This document shows positions 56,103 to 64,000 of a stretch of DNA of 64,000 nt, one piece after another; the first letter of the stretch is position 1; the number at the start of each line of letters is the position of its first letter. The stretch lies in assembly GCA_965223795.1 (NCBI GenBank), contig CBDCXL010000001.1:160001-224000 (forward strand), in the 5' to 3' direction. The translations under genes were made by a program, and so were the position numbers. The DNA comes from Nitrospinales bacterium. GTDB taxonomy: Bacteria; Nitrospinota; Nitrospinia; Nitrospinales; VA-1. Below the pieces are notes generated by a model that saw nothing but the letters and a program-made list of their open reading frames with translations, did not search any database and was not told the origin of the DNA.

Positions 56103-56336
56103 ATGTATGTCAATGTTTCCCGCAGCAAGCTGCTGATCAACAACCGGCGACCGCCGAAAAAAAAGAAGAAGGCCGCCGAACCTTCCATTCGCTGCAACCA
56201 CTGTGGAGGGCCGATCCGCCCCGACGGTGAGTTTTTTAATTGTCTCATGTGTTCCCGTGAGCAGAATCATATCTGCTCCACCTGCGCGCACGTTCGCAGC
56301 ACGGAGGTGGCGGGAAAAGATAAAAAGAGCGCCTGA
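56103..56336 (+). CDS. Small basic zinc-finger-like protein
   Basis: CNHC...CLMC...CSTC; GAGGAGG RBS upstream. Confidence 0.65.
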   Translation: MYVNVSRSKLLINNRRPPKKKKKAAEPSIRCNHCGGPIRPDGEFFNCLMCSREQNHICSTCAHVRSTEVAGKDKKSA

Positions 56337-56428
56337 AGTCCGGGCGCTCGCCCTTTTTCCCATTCCTTCCAATGCTTCATCCATTCGCCCAATCGGGCGA
56401 TCCATTCCTGACGCCGTTCAATCTATCT

Positions 56429-58330
56429 TTATCCGCTTAAATTCAAGCCGATCCATTTTTTCAGAATGTAGAGCGCCCACGGGCGCGACCAGGCGATTCG
56501 TTTTGCCATGAAATCGTTCCATATCTTTTCAACGGCCGCGTCGGACACGAAACCGGACAGCGGCGGCACGGGACTCAATAGAACGGATTCGATTTCCGGC
56601 TTCAACGCGCCGCGCATCCAGTGCTCGAAGGGCAGGGTGAAGCCCATTTTTTTTCGCTGCACGATTTCCTCCGGCAGTCCGTTTTGGACCGATTGGGCCA
56701 ACAGGTGTTTCGGCGTCGCGCTTTTAAATTTCAGCGCAGCGGGCAGGGAAAACACGCTCTCCACCAGTTCGTGGTCGATCAGAGGTACGCGGATCTCCAG
56801 GCCATGCGCCATGCCCATCGCATCGGTGTCGCGCAGCAGCGTGTTGGGCAGGTAGTGCGTCAGTTCGAGAAAGGAGATCTGATCCCGCTCGTCGAGCGCG
56901 CGGATCGCCTCCATTGCAATTGCGGTGGATTCACGGTGCCGGGCGATTTCCCGCTGCAATGATGCGGCGTCCAGGAACAATTGCGCGAGGTCGTCCTCGC
57001 AGAACAGCGCCCGGATCAGATAATAATACGGGTGGCTGCCGCCGGTCTGGCCGCAAAGCAGGTGCGCGAGCTTGGACGCCTTCCCGCCCGTGCGGCTCAG
57101 CCGCTTGAGCGCGGTTCCCATAAGCCCCGGAATGGAAGAGGGCAGGGGGGCGAGAAACGCATGCAGGCGGGAAAACTTCGGCACAAGCTGGAACGCTTCG
57201 TAACCGCCGAACAGCTCATCGCCGCCGATGCCCGAAAGGGCGGCTTTCCATCCTCTCTGTTTCGCGCAGCGGGCAATGAGCCAGGTGTTGATGCCATCGA
57301 CGGAAGGCTGGTCCATCGCCGCGACCGCCAGGGGCAGGGCGTCGAGAAGGTCGTCTTGCGTCAGGGGCAGGGCGTGGTGATCGGTGCCGTAGCGTTCGGC
57401 GATGAGGCTGGAGTAGCGGGACTCATCGTAATCCTGTTCGCCGTACACCACCGATAAAGTCGGAAGCGGCTGCTGCGACTGGGAGGCAGCGTGCGCGACG
57501 ACGGCGCTGGAATCGATGCCGCCGCTCAAAAACGCGCCCAGCGGCGCGTCGCTGATCAGCCGGTAGCGGAGGGATGTCTCGAGTTTTTCCCGCACGATTT
57601 CCTGCGCGTCGCCGACTGGATCGTGCGCGGAGCGGGCAGGGGACCAGTAGCGCTGCATTTCAATCTGCCCGCCGATGGAAATGGAAAGCCAGTGGCCGGG
57701 AGGCAGTTCGTGGATGGAACCGATGAGCGTTTCGGGAGCGGACAGGCTGCCGAAGCTCAGATAGTGAAACAGTCCGGCCGGGTTGAGGGCGCGGTCCGGG
57801 ATTTCCGAAGCGAGCAGGGCGCGCAGTTCCGAGGCGAAGAGGAAACCGTTTTCGTTGTGGAAATAGTAGAGCGGCTTGATGCCGAGCCGGTCGCGCGCCA
57901 GGAAGAGGGCGTTGCGCTCAGCGTCCCAGATGGCGAAGGCGAACAGGCCGCGCAGGCGGTCAAGGCAATCGATGCCCCATTCTTCGTAGGCCTTGAGCAG
58001 CACTTCGGTGTCGGAGTGGGAGGCGAAGCGGTATTTGGAGGCGAGTTCGTCGCGCAGTTCGCGGTAGTTGTAGATTTCGCTGTTGGTGGAAATCCACAGC
58101 GTCTGCGCGTCGTTGGCCATGGGCTGGTGGCCGCCGGGCGTGAGGTCGATGATGGACAGGCGCTGGTGGCCCAGGTGCAGGGCCTTGCCTCCGGGAACGG
58201 ACAGGTTCACCTCGCCGCGGTCGTCCGGGCCGCGGTGCTGCATGCGGTCGAGCATGTGGCGCAGGCTGCGGCCGAGGTGATCGCCGAGACGGCCTTCACT
58301 GAAGTCGAAAATTCCGGCGATGCCGCACAT
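56429..58330 (-). CDS. asnB: Asparagine synthase (glutamine-hydrolysing) family amidotransferase
   Basis: MCGIAG, HRGPD, RLSIID, DTEV, RDRLGIKPLY, LSGGIDSS, GGDELFGGY. Confidence 0.92.
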   Translation of the reverse strand: MCGIAGIFDFSEGRLGDHLGRSLRHMLDRMQHRGPDDRGEVNLSVPGGKALHLGHQRLSIIDLTPGGHQPMANDAQTLWISTNSEIYNYRELRDELASKYRFASHSDTEVLLKAYEEWGIDCLDRLRGLFAFAIWDAERNALFLARDRLGIKPLYYFHNENGFLFASELRALLASEIPDRALNPAGLFHYLSFGSLSAPETLIGSIHELPPGHWLSISIGGQIEMQRYWSPARSAHDPVGDAQEIVREKLETSLRYRLISDAPLGAFLSGGIDSSAVVAHAASQSQQPLPTLSVVYGEQDYDESRYSSLIAERYGTDHHALPLTQDDLLDALPLAVAAMDQPSVDGINTWLIARCAKQRGWKAALSGIGGDELFGGYEAFQLVPKFSRLHAFLAPLPSSIPGLMGTALKRLSRTGGKASKLAHLLCGQTGGSHPYYYLIRALFCEDDLAQLFLDAASLQREIARHRESTAIAMEAIRALDERDQISFLELTHYLPNTLLRDTDAMGMAHGLEIRVPLIDHELVESVFSLPAALKFKSATPKHLLAQSVQNGLPEEIVQRKKMGFTLPFEHWMRGALKPEIESVLLSPVPPLSGFVSDAAVEKIWNDFMAKRIAWSRPWALYILKKWIGLNLSG

Positions 58331-58343
58331 GGTTCAGAAGACT

Positions 58344-58425
58344 AGACAGGATAACAGGATAAGAAGAATAGAGGATTCAAAAAACAAAAGAAAATTATTA
58401 CCGCAAAGACGCAGAGGACGCAAAG
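58344..58425 (+). repeat. Intergenic repeat modules AGACAGGATAACAGGATAA and ACCGCAAAGACGCAGAGGACGCAAAG
   Basis: First module is the reverse complement of 1023-1041; second matches 817-842 and 42956-42985. Confidence 0.8.
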
Positions 58426-58452
58426 GAAAACAAGAAATGAAAGAGGGGATTG

Positions 58453-58812
58453 TTACACGCCGACATCCGACCAGACGGCGAACTCGTTGCCGTTGGGGTC
58501 GGCGAAGTGAAACCGGCGGCCGCCGGGAAACGAAAAGGTGGGTTTGACGATCGTGCCGCCCGCCGCCTCGATTCTGGCCTGTGTCTGTTCCAGTTCCTTG
58601 CTGTAAAAGACGATGAGGGCGGCGCCGTTTTCCGTGGACGAGGACAGACCGGACTTGAAAAAACCGCCTTCGAGACCGGCGTTGGAAAAGGCGGTGTACT
58701 CCGGCCCGTAATCCTGAAACGACCAGGCAAACACCTTTTGGAAAAAGACTTTGGTGGCTTCGAGGTCTTTCGCTGGAAACTCGACGTAATTGATTTTTTC
58801 GTGCGGGTTCAT
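58453..58812 (-). CDS. VOC/glyoxalase family protein
   Basis: KINYVEF...FFQKVFAW...GGRRFHFADPNGNE. Confidence 0.9.
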   Translation of the reverse strand: MNPHEKINYVEFPAKDLEATKVFFQKVFAWSFQDYGPEYTAFSNAGLEGGFFKSGLSSSTENGAALIVFYSKELEQTQARIEAAGGTIVKPTFSFPGGRRFHFADPNGNEFAVWSDVGV

Positions 58813-59330
58813 TGTGCATGTACCGGTTTCATAAATTGAATTTCTTCCTTTGAGCAAACTTTCTTGATATCGAGCATATTGTAGTACATGCCATTTTCAT
58901 TGGAATTAACTTCATAATTTATTAGCTGGATCAATTCACCCGATGCCATGTTGAACAACAGCGCATGTCCTTCACGCCATACATAACCAGATTCTCTCGT
59001 TATCAATTCAAAATTCACGTAAGGAGGTAAATCTGACAAATCGTGGTACCAGGAACCAAAAGCTCGAAGATTGCTGAGAGCGGGTTCTTTGAATAGAGAG
59101 GTTAAGCAGGGCGGCAGTGTGACTGTATTTTTTCCGAATCGAAGAGTCACAGACGTGCTGATTGCTTTCTTATCAATGTTAATGGAAACAGGTGCGTATT
59201 CCTCTGGAATACCGTCAAGGGTTCCACTTTGAGTGATCTTGAAAATACGATCTACATGGGAATAGGCAGGAGATACGATGGTGAGTATGAATGTAGCAAT
59301 AAGAAATTTTAAAGAAAAATACTTTTTCAT
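58809..59330 (-). CDS. Exported hypothetical protein (AT-rich)
   Basis: Signal peptide ..AYS, SWYH...LPPY; ATGA overlap with the VOC gene. Confidence 0.65.
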   Translation of the reverse strand: MKKYFSLKFLIATFILTIVSPAYSHVDRIFKITQSGTLDGIPEEYAPVSINIDKKAISTSVTLRFGKNTVTLPPCLTSLFKEPALSNLRAFGSWYHDLSDLPPYVNFELITRESGYVWREGHALLFNMASGELIQLINYEVNSNENGMYYNMLDIKKVCSKEEIQFMKPVHAQ

Positions 59331-59348
59331 TTCAAAATGATAGCTGTT

Positions 59349-59555
59349 TAAAGCCAGTCGTGGGTCAATGTCATAACCGTAATTAAATAAAAGTAAAACG
59401 ATAAAATAAGTGTTGGAAGAAATAGAAGGTGTACTCTTTTATCTCCCTTGTATTGCCATAGAGAGTAAATGATGGCAATCAATCCTAAAACAAAGAATGA
59501 ATGTAGTATTCCAACGAGTATCGATTCCCAATCCAGATTCCTATAATCTATATTA
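59349..59555 (-). pseudogene. 5'-truncated AT-rich membrane protein fragment
   Basis: Open frame DYRNLDWESILVGILHSFFVLGLIAIIYSLWQYKGDKRVHLLFLPTLILSFYFYLITVMTLTHDWL* with no ATG/GTG start at its 5' end. Confidence 0.45.
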
Positions 59556-59733
59556 TGTCAACTAGTGGGGATCGGGATTCCGGCCTCCTGAGAGGCGATC
59601 TGAGGCTTGTTTTCAGGTAGATTCAGGGTTCCCCTTTGGTTTGCGCTTGATCGGGAAAACACCGGACTCGAAACCTGGGGATGCGGGTTGAAGAAAGCCA
59701 AGTGTCTTACGAGGTTGCGGCTTATGTTCCGCC

Positions 59734-59780
59734 CATCCTTCGACAGGCTCAGGATGACAACGACAGGCTGAGCATGACAG
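59734..59780. repeat. REP-like CTTCGACAGGCTCAG(G/C)ATGACA element (one full and one partial copy in tandem)
   Basis: catccttcgacaggctcaggatgaca-a-cgacaggctgagcatgacag; same unit at 61877-61938. Confidence 0.75.
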
Positions 59781-59847
59781 ACGAAATGCTTGAGCGTCGG
59801 CCGGAAACGAAGCCAGCCGTGAGCAAACGGCCTCCCCGGCGAGGTTG

Positions 59848-60798
59848 TCAGGCTTTCTTCTGCAGGGAGGATTCCTTCACGGCCTGGGCCACGTGGTTGG
59901 AGGACAGGCCGTATTTTTCGAACAGTTCCGCAGCGGACCCGGTTTCCGCGAATTGATCCTCAACGGCCACTTTTCGGAAGGGAACGTGGATCTCGTTTTC
60001 GAGCAGCACTTCGCCCACCGCGTCGCCCAGGCCGCCGATGCGGTTGTGGTCCTCGGCGGTGACGACGGCGTCGTGGGTCTTCGCCTGCTCGACGATGAGA
60101 TCGCGGTCGATCGGCTTGAGGGTGGCGATGTTGACGATCGTGGGTTCCAGCCCTTCCTGTTTGAGCGCGTCGCACGCCTTGAGGCTTTCCTGGACCATGA
60201 TGCCGGTGGCGAAGATGACCACCCCCCTGCCCTGTCTGATGACGCTGCCCTTGCCGATTTCAAAGCGGTGGGTTTCGTCGTAAACGCCCATCACCTTGGA
60301 ACGGCCCAGCCGCAGATAGGCGGGACCTTTGTGGGTCATCAGCGCCTTGGTGGCCTGCCTGGCTTCCTCGAAGTCGGCGGGCTGGATCACCGTCATGTTG
60401 GGGATGGCGCGGGTGTAGGCGAGATCCACGATCATCTGCGCCGAGGGGCCGTCCTCGCCCACGGCGATGCCGGCGTGCGTGCCCACCAGCTTGACGTTGG
60501 TGTTGGAGTAGGCCAGGCTCACCAGGATCTGGTCCATGCTGCGGCCGAGCAGAAAGCAGGCGAAGCTGGTGGCGAAGGGGACCTTGCCGGTGGTCGCGAA
60601 ACCGGCGGCGGTGCACACCATGTCGCCTTCGCTGATGCCCATATTGAAAAAACGGTGCGGGTGCGCCTGCCCGTATTTTTTCGTGCGCGTGCTGTCGGAA
60701 ACCCCGGCGTCGAGCACGACGATGTCCGGGTGGTCGCCGATTTCCAGGAGCGCCGCTCCGTATCCGTCCCGGGTTGCCCCGTCACTTGCGCTTGCCAT
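59848..60798 (-). CDS. Transketolase, C-terminal subunit
   Basis: ATRDGYG, FFNMGISE, GEDGPS, GPAYLRL, KPID, EDH...GGLG. Confidence 0.93.
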   Translation of the reverse strand: MASASDGATRDGYGAALLEIGDHPDIVVLDAGVSDSTRTKKYGQAHPHRFFNMGISEGDMVCTAAGFATTGKVPFATSFACFLLGRSMDQILVSLAYSNTNVKLVGTHAGIAVGEDGPSAQMIVDLAYTRAIPNMTVIQPADFEEARQATKALMTHKGPAYLRLGRSKVMGVYDETHRFEIGKGSVIRQGRGVVIFATGIMVQESLKACDALKQEGLEPTIVNIATLKPIDRDLIVEQAKTHDAVVTAEDHNRIGGLGDAVGEVLLENEIHVPFRKVAVEDQFAETGSAAELFEKYGLSSNHVAQAVKESSLQKKA

Positions 60799-60847
60799 CG
60801 TGTTTCCTTCCCAAAAATATATTAACGTTGCCGCTTAAAAAGCGGAG

Positions 60848-61678
60848 TCATTGCAGTTCCTTAAGCGCTTTCGCCAGGTCCTCGTCCGAAGGCGCGACGC
60901 CGTGCCAGGCCGGTTTGCCTTCCATGAAGCTCACGCCCTTGCCCTTGATGGTGTCGGCGATGATGGCGCGCGGCTTGTCCGGATGCGGCGGCATCTGCAG
61001 GGCCTTCATGATCGCCGCCATGTCGTGCCCGTCGATTCTGTGCGTGTCCCAGCCGAACGTGCGCCATTTTTCATCGAGCGGTTCCAGGTCTTTCAGTTCC
61101 TTGGTGGTGCTGTCCTGGCAGACCTTGTTGAAGTCCACGATCGCCGTGAGGTTCGTGCTCTTGAACTTGGCGGCGGACATGGCCGCTTCCCAGATCTGGC
61201 CTTCCTGCAGCTCTCCGTCTCCCAGAACCACGTAGGCGCGGTAATCCTTGTTGTCGATCCTCGCGCCCATCGCGATGCCGTGGGCGACGCTGAGCCCCTG
61301 CCCCAGGCTCCCGGAGGCGATCTCGACGCCCGGCACCTTGGGATGCGCATGCCCCGACAGAAAAAACGGGCTGTTGATCTTGCGGTAGGTGTCCAGCTCC
61401 TCTTCCGGGAAAAAACCCGCCCGCGACAGGACCACGTACAGCAGCGCCGAGGCGTGCCCCTTGCTCAGAAGGAACCGGTCCCGGTCCGGCATCTGCGGGT
61501 TGCGCGGATCGTAGTTGAGGATGCCGCCGAAATAAAGCGCGGTCAACAGGTCCGCGGCGGAAAGGCTGCCGCCGGGATGGCCGGAGCCCGCTTTGTGGAT
61601 CACCTTGAGGCTTTTGATGCGGATCTCGTTGGCGATCTTTTTGAGATCCTCGATCGAGGTTGTCTGAGTCTGTGTCAT
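60848..61678 (-). CDS. Transketolase, N-terminal (TPP-binding) subunit
   Basis: SGHPGGSLS, DRFLLSKGH, GSLGQG, GDGELQEG, TIKGKG, WHG. Confidence 0.93.
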   Translation of the reverse strand: MTQTQTTSIEDLKKIANEIRIKSLKVIHKAGSGHPGGSLSAADLLTALYFGGILNYDPRNPQMPDRDRFLLSKGHASALLYVVLSRAGFFPEEELDTYRKINSPFFLSGHAHPKVPGVEIASGSLGQGLSVAHGIAMGARIDNKDYRAYVVLGDGELQEGQIWEAAMSAAKFKSTNLTAIVDFNKVCQDSTTKELKDLEPLDEKWRTFGWDTHRIDGHDMAAIMKALQMPPHPDKPRAIIADTIKGKGVSFMEGKPAWHGVAPSDEDLAKALKELQ

Positions 61679-61860
61679 GTGTTTGGTGGTTTAGTGCTGA
61701 AAAAACGGGATGCTTACCGGATGCAGGCTAACACATCCCCGGAGGGGTTTCTATCAAATTGTCATTCGCTGTGCACGGGGAAGACCGGCCCCCTGCCCTG
61801 CCGGTTCGCGGTGTGGGGATGGGCCGCGTGGGGGATCTTTGCACAAGCCCGCTCGTCAAG

Positions 61861-61962
61861 GAAACCTTGAGCTACTTGTCACCCTGAGCTTGTCGAAGGG
61901 GAGCAAGGATTCATGCTTCGACAGGCTCAGCATGACAGGTCATGGACTTATGCAAAGGTTTC
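61861..61962. repeat. REP-like inverted pair enclosed by GAAACCTT...AAGGTTTC
   Basis: TGTCACCCTGAGCTTGTCGAAG ... CTTCGACAGGCTCAGCATGACA form an inverted pair. Confidence 0.75.
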
Positions 61963-61982
61963 GCGTGGGGTGAACCCGGCGG

Positions 61983-62609
61983 TCAGGATTTCTCGGGGTG
62001 GTTGACAAAGTCGTTGCAGACCTTGAGCAGGGCGTCGAAGTCCACGGGCTTGGTGAAGTAGATGTCCGCTCCCGCGTCGAGGATGACCTTTTCGGAATGC
62101 CGCAGATCGCCGGAGATGGCGATGATCTTGATGTTTCCCGTTTTCGGGTTGGATTTCAGATTTTTGCACACTTCCATGCCGTTGACCCCCGGCAGCGCGA
62201 TGTCCAGCACGATGATGGAAGGCAGAAAGTGCGCCGCCTTGAGCCCCGCGTCCCAGCCGTCGAACGCCACTTCGGCGACGAAGTTGTTTTTCTCGAAAAA
62301 CTTTCTCAGCAGATTGGAGAACTTCTTTTCATCGTCGACGATCAGGATCTTGCGTACCGACTTCTCCTCTTCCTCTTTCTTGAGGATTTCCTTGATCATG
62401 TTGATGGTGTAGCCCTTCTTCTGCAGCGCGTAGATCTTCTTGCAGCGTTCCTCCACCCAGGCCGGATAGTAGCCGACAATGCCCTTGCCGCCGGGGTGCG
62501 CTTCTTTCACAGGGTCCGGAAAGAACCTGTATTTCTTTTGCCACAACCAAAGAGTTTTTCGTGTGATCGGTACAACTTTCAATATGTCAGCGGCTGTTAC
62601 TCTTGCCAT
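61983..62609 (-). CDS. MerR-like HTH plus receiver domain regulator
   Basis: N-terminal ITRKTLWLWQKKY..FPDP HTH-like segment; C-terminal ILIVDDE, VLDIALP, KP. Confidence 0.82.
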   Translation of the reverse strand: MARVTAADILKVVPITRKTLWLWQKKYRFFPDPVKEAHPGGKGIVGYYPAWVEERCKKIYALQKKGYTINMIKEILKKEEEEKSVRKILIVDDEKKFSNLLRKFFEKNNFVAEVAFDGWDAGLKAAHFLPSIIVLDIALPGVNGMEVCKNLKSNPKTGNIKIIAISGDLRHSEKVILDAGADIYFTKPVDFDALLKVCNDFVNHPEKS

Positions 62610-63106
62610 GGTGAGCACCCTGCGGATCGTCGGTTTTCGGATGGAGTTAATTGCATATATAAAGTAGATTGAAGCGATAGGGAAACTTTTTATGAAAAAG
62701 GACCGTTTCAAAGTATCGACCTTCTCAGAAAATGTACACTGTTAATGTAATTTTATCAATCATTATTTTCATATTTTTTTGAAACAGCACCGCGGATGCC
62801 TGCAAATTAATTGAATAATAGGCCTTTATCCCGATAAAAAAATTCGATACAATGTCCGCATCCTTTGACTGAAGAGTTTCCGTCGGAGCGGTTCCGGGGC
62901 ATAGCGGTCTGAATTTTTGGATCGTATTTTTATGGTACGGCACTGTGGATCAGATCGGTGATGAGGCCAAACGGGCCCTGTTTCGCGGGAGCCCAAAAAC
63001 CCGTTTACGGGAGCCCGGCAGCGCCCGGCTGAATGGCAAACGGATTTCCCGGTCCGGAACCGCCTGAGAACCTGACTGCAACATTCAAACGACAAACGGA
63101 GAGGTC

Positions 63107-64000
63107 ATGTCCAGTTTTATACGCCGTTTTCTGAGTTTATTGATTCTTCTATCCGCTCCGCTCCTCTCCCCGGCCTGGGCTCAGGAGACGGGCGAGCCTC
63201 CGTTCAAGCCGTCCTCCTTAATCCTTTCGCTCAAGGATGTGGTCGAGGGCACGCTGCGCAACAACGTCGCCATCGCGGTGGAGGAGTTCAACTCAAGGAT
63301 CCGCGAACAGGACATCACGGTCGAGGAATCGATTTTCGATCCCGTCCTCGACGCCGAACTCTCCAAGCGTGAAAAAACCAACCAGGTCTCCAGCGCCTTC
63401 GCCTCGCCGGACAAGGCGCGCAACCGCGATCTGGTGTGGGACCTCGCCCTGAGCCAGCGGCTGGTCACCGGTGCGGAGTACGAGTTGAGCTTCAACAACG
63501 ACAAGAACCGCACCAATTCCAATTTCGCCGGCCTCAACCCGCAGTACACCTCGGAACTGGTGTTCTCCATCTCGCAGCCGCTGCTCAAAGGCGCCGGCAT
63601 CGACAACAACAAGCGGGAGATCTACATCGCCAAGAACAATCTCGAAGTTTCCGACTACGATTTCCAGAGCGCCGTCATCGACACCATCTCCGATGTGGAG
63701 AACAATTACTGGGACCTGGTGTTCAGCATCGAGGATCTGAAGGTCAAGCAGAAATCGCTGCAGCGGGCGCGCGACCTGGAACGGCGGGTGCGGGCGCAGG
63801 TGGAAGTGGGGACGCTGGCGCCGCTGGAAATCCTGCAGGCGCAGGCGGACGTGGCCGACCGGGAGGAAGACCTGCTGGGCGCGGAGGATCTGATCAAGGA
63901 TAACGAAGACACGCTGAAAAACCTGATGAACATCCCGTTCGACTCGCTGGATGCGGACAAGGACGTGCTGCCGTCCGAACGTCCCGCCTTCAATCCGGCG
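63107..64000 (+). CDS. TolC-family outer membrane protein (3' end truncated by window edge; not in ORF track)
   Basis: Hand translation MSSFIRRFLSLLILLSAPLLSPAWAQE...LSLKDVVEGTLRNN...SQPLLKG...VENNYWDL...VGTLAPLEILQAQA; GGAGAGG RBS. Confidence 0.85.
   Translation, partial: MSSFIRRFLSLLILLSAPLLSPAWAQETGEPPFKPSSLILSLKDVVEGTLRNNVAIAVEEFNSRIREQDITVEESIFDPVLDAELSKREKTNQVSSAFASPDKARNRDLVWDLALSQRLVTGAEYELSFNNDKNRTNSNFAGLNPQYTSELVFSISQPLLKGAGIDNNKREIYIAKNNLEVSDYDFQSAVIDTISDVENNYWDLVFSIEDLKVKQKSLQRARDLERRVRAQVEVGTLAPLEILQAQADVADREEDLLGAEDLIKDNEDTLKNLMNIPFDSLDADKDVLPSERPAFNPA

Noticed and set aside
56429..58453. asnB as a lasso-peptide cyclase
   Set aside because: It has an intact N-terminal Cys glutaminase domain, and there is no B protein, RRE or precursor peptide nearby
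17379..59330. Integron attC sites next to the AT-rich genes
   Set aside because: No convincing RYYYAAC...GTTRRRY palindromes and no integrase

Overview
A 64-kb, mostly GC-rich bacterial chromosomal window made up largely of housekeeping genes: tsaD (partial), gdhA, larB, gpsA, a mitochondrial-type aconitase, larC (frameshifted), tatC and tatA, rpiB-glyA-nrdR, ccsA-hemA-hemC, nadC, flgM, copZ, ubiE/menG, a DJ-1 protein, asnB, split transketolase, a partial TolC-family gene, tRNA-Met(CAT) and tRNA-Gly(CCC). Gene content and order suggest a Nitrospina-like or deltaproteobacteria-like organism (inference only). I found no CRISPR array, rRNA, integrase or intact transposase. The most interesting items are: (1) nested, modular palindromic intergenic repeats at several sites; (2) a divergent IscU/NifU-like protein downstream of nadC; (3) a DUF1538x2 + PII-like + CBS putative transporter operon; (4) a tandem nitroreductase gene followed by a heme-oxygenase-like diiron enzyme gene; (5) divergent sigma-54-like promoters separated by a triple 10-bp repeat; (6) a Fur-boxed BFD ferredoxin with a MinD-like amphipathic tail; (7) a second Glu/Leu/Phe/Val dehydrogenase with altered specificity residues; (8) two apparent pseudo-proteases; (9) several AT-rich single-gene insertions. 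All calls come from reading motifs by eye; no searches were run.
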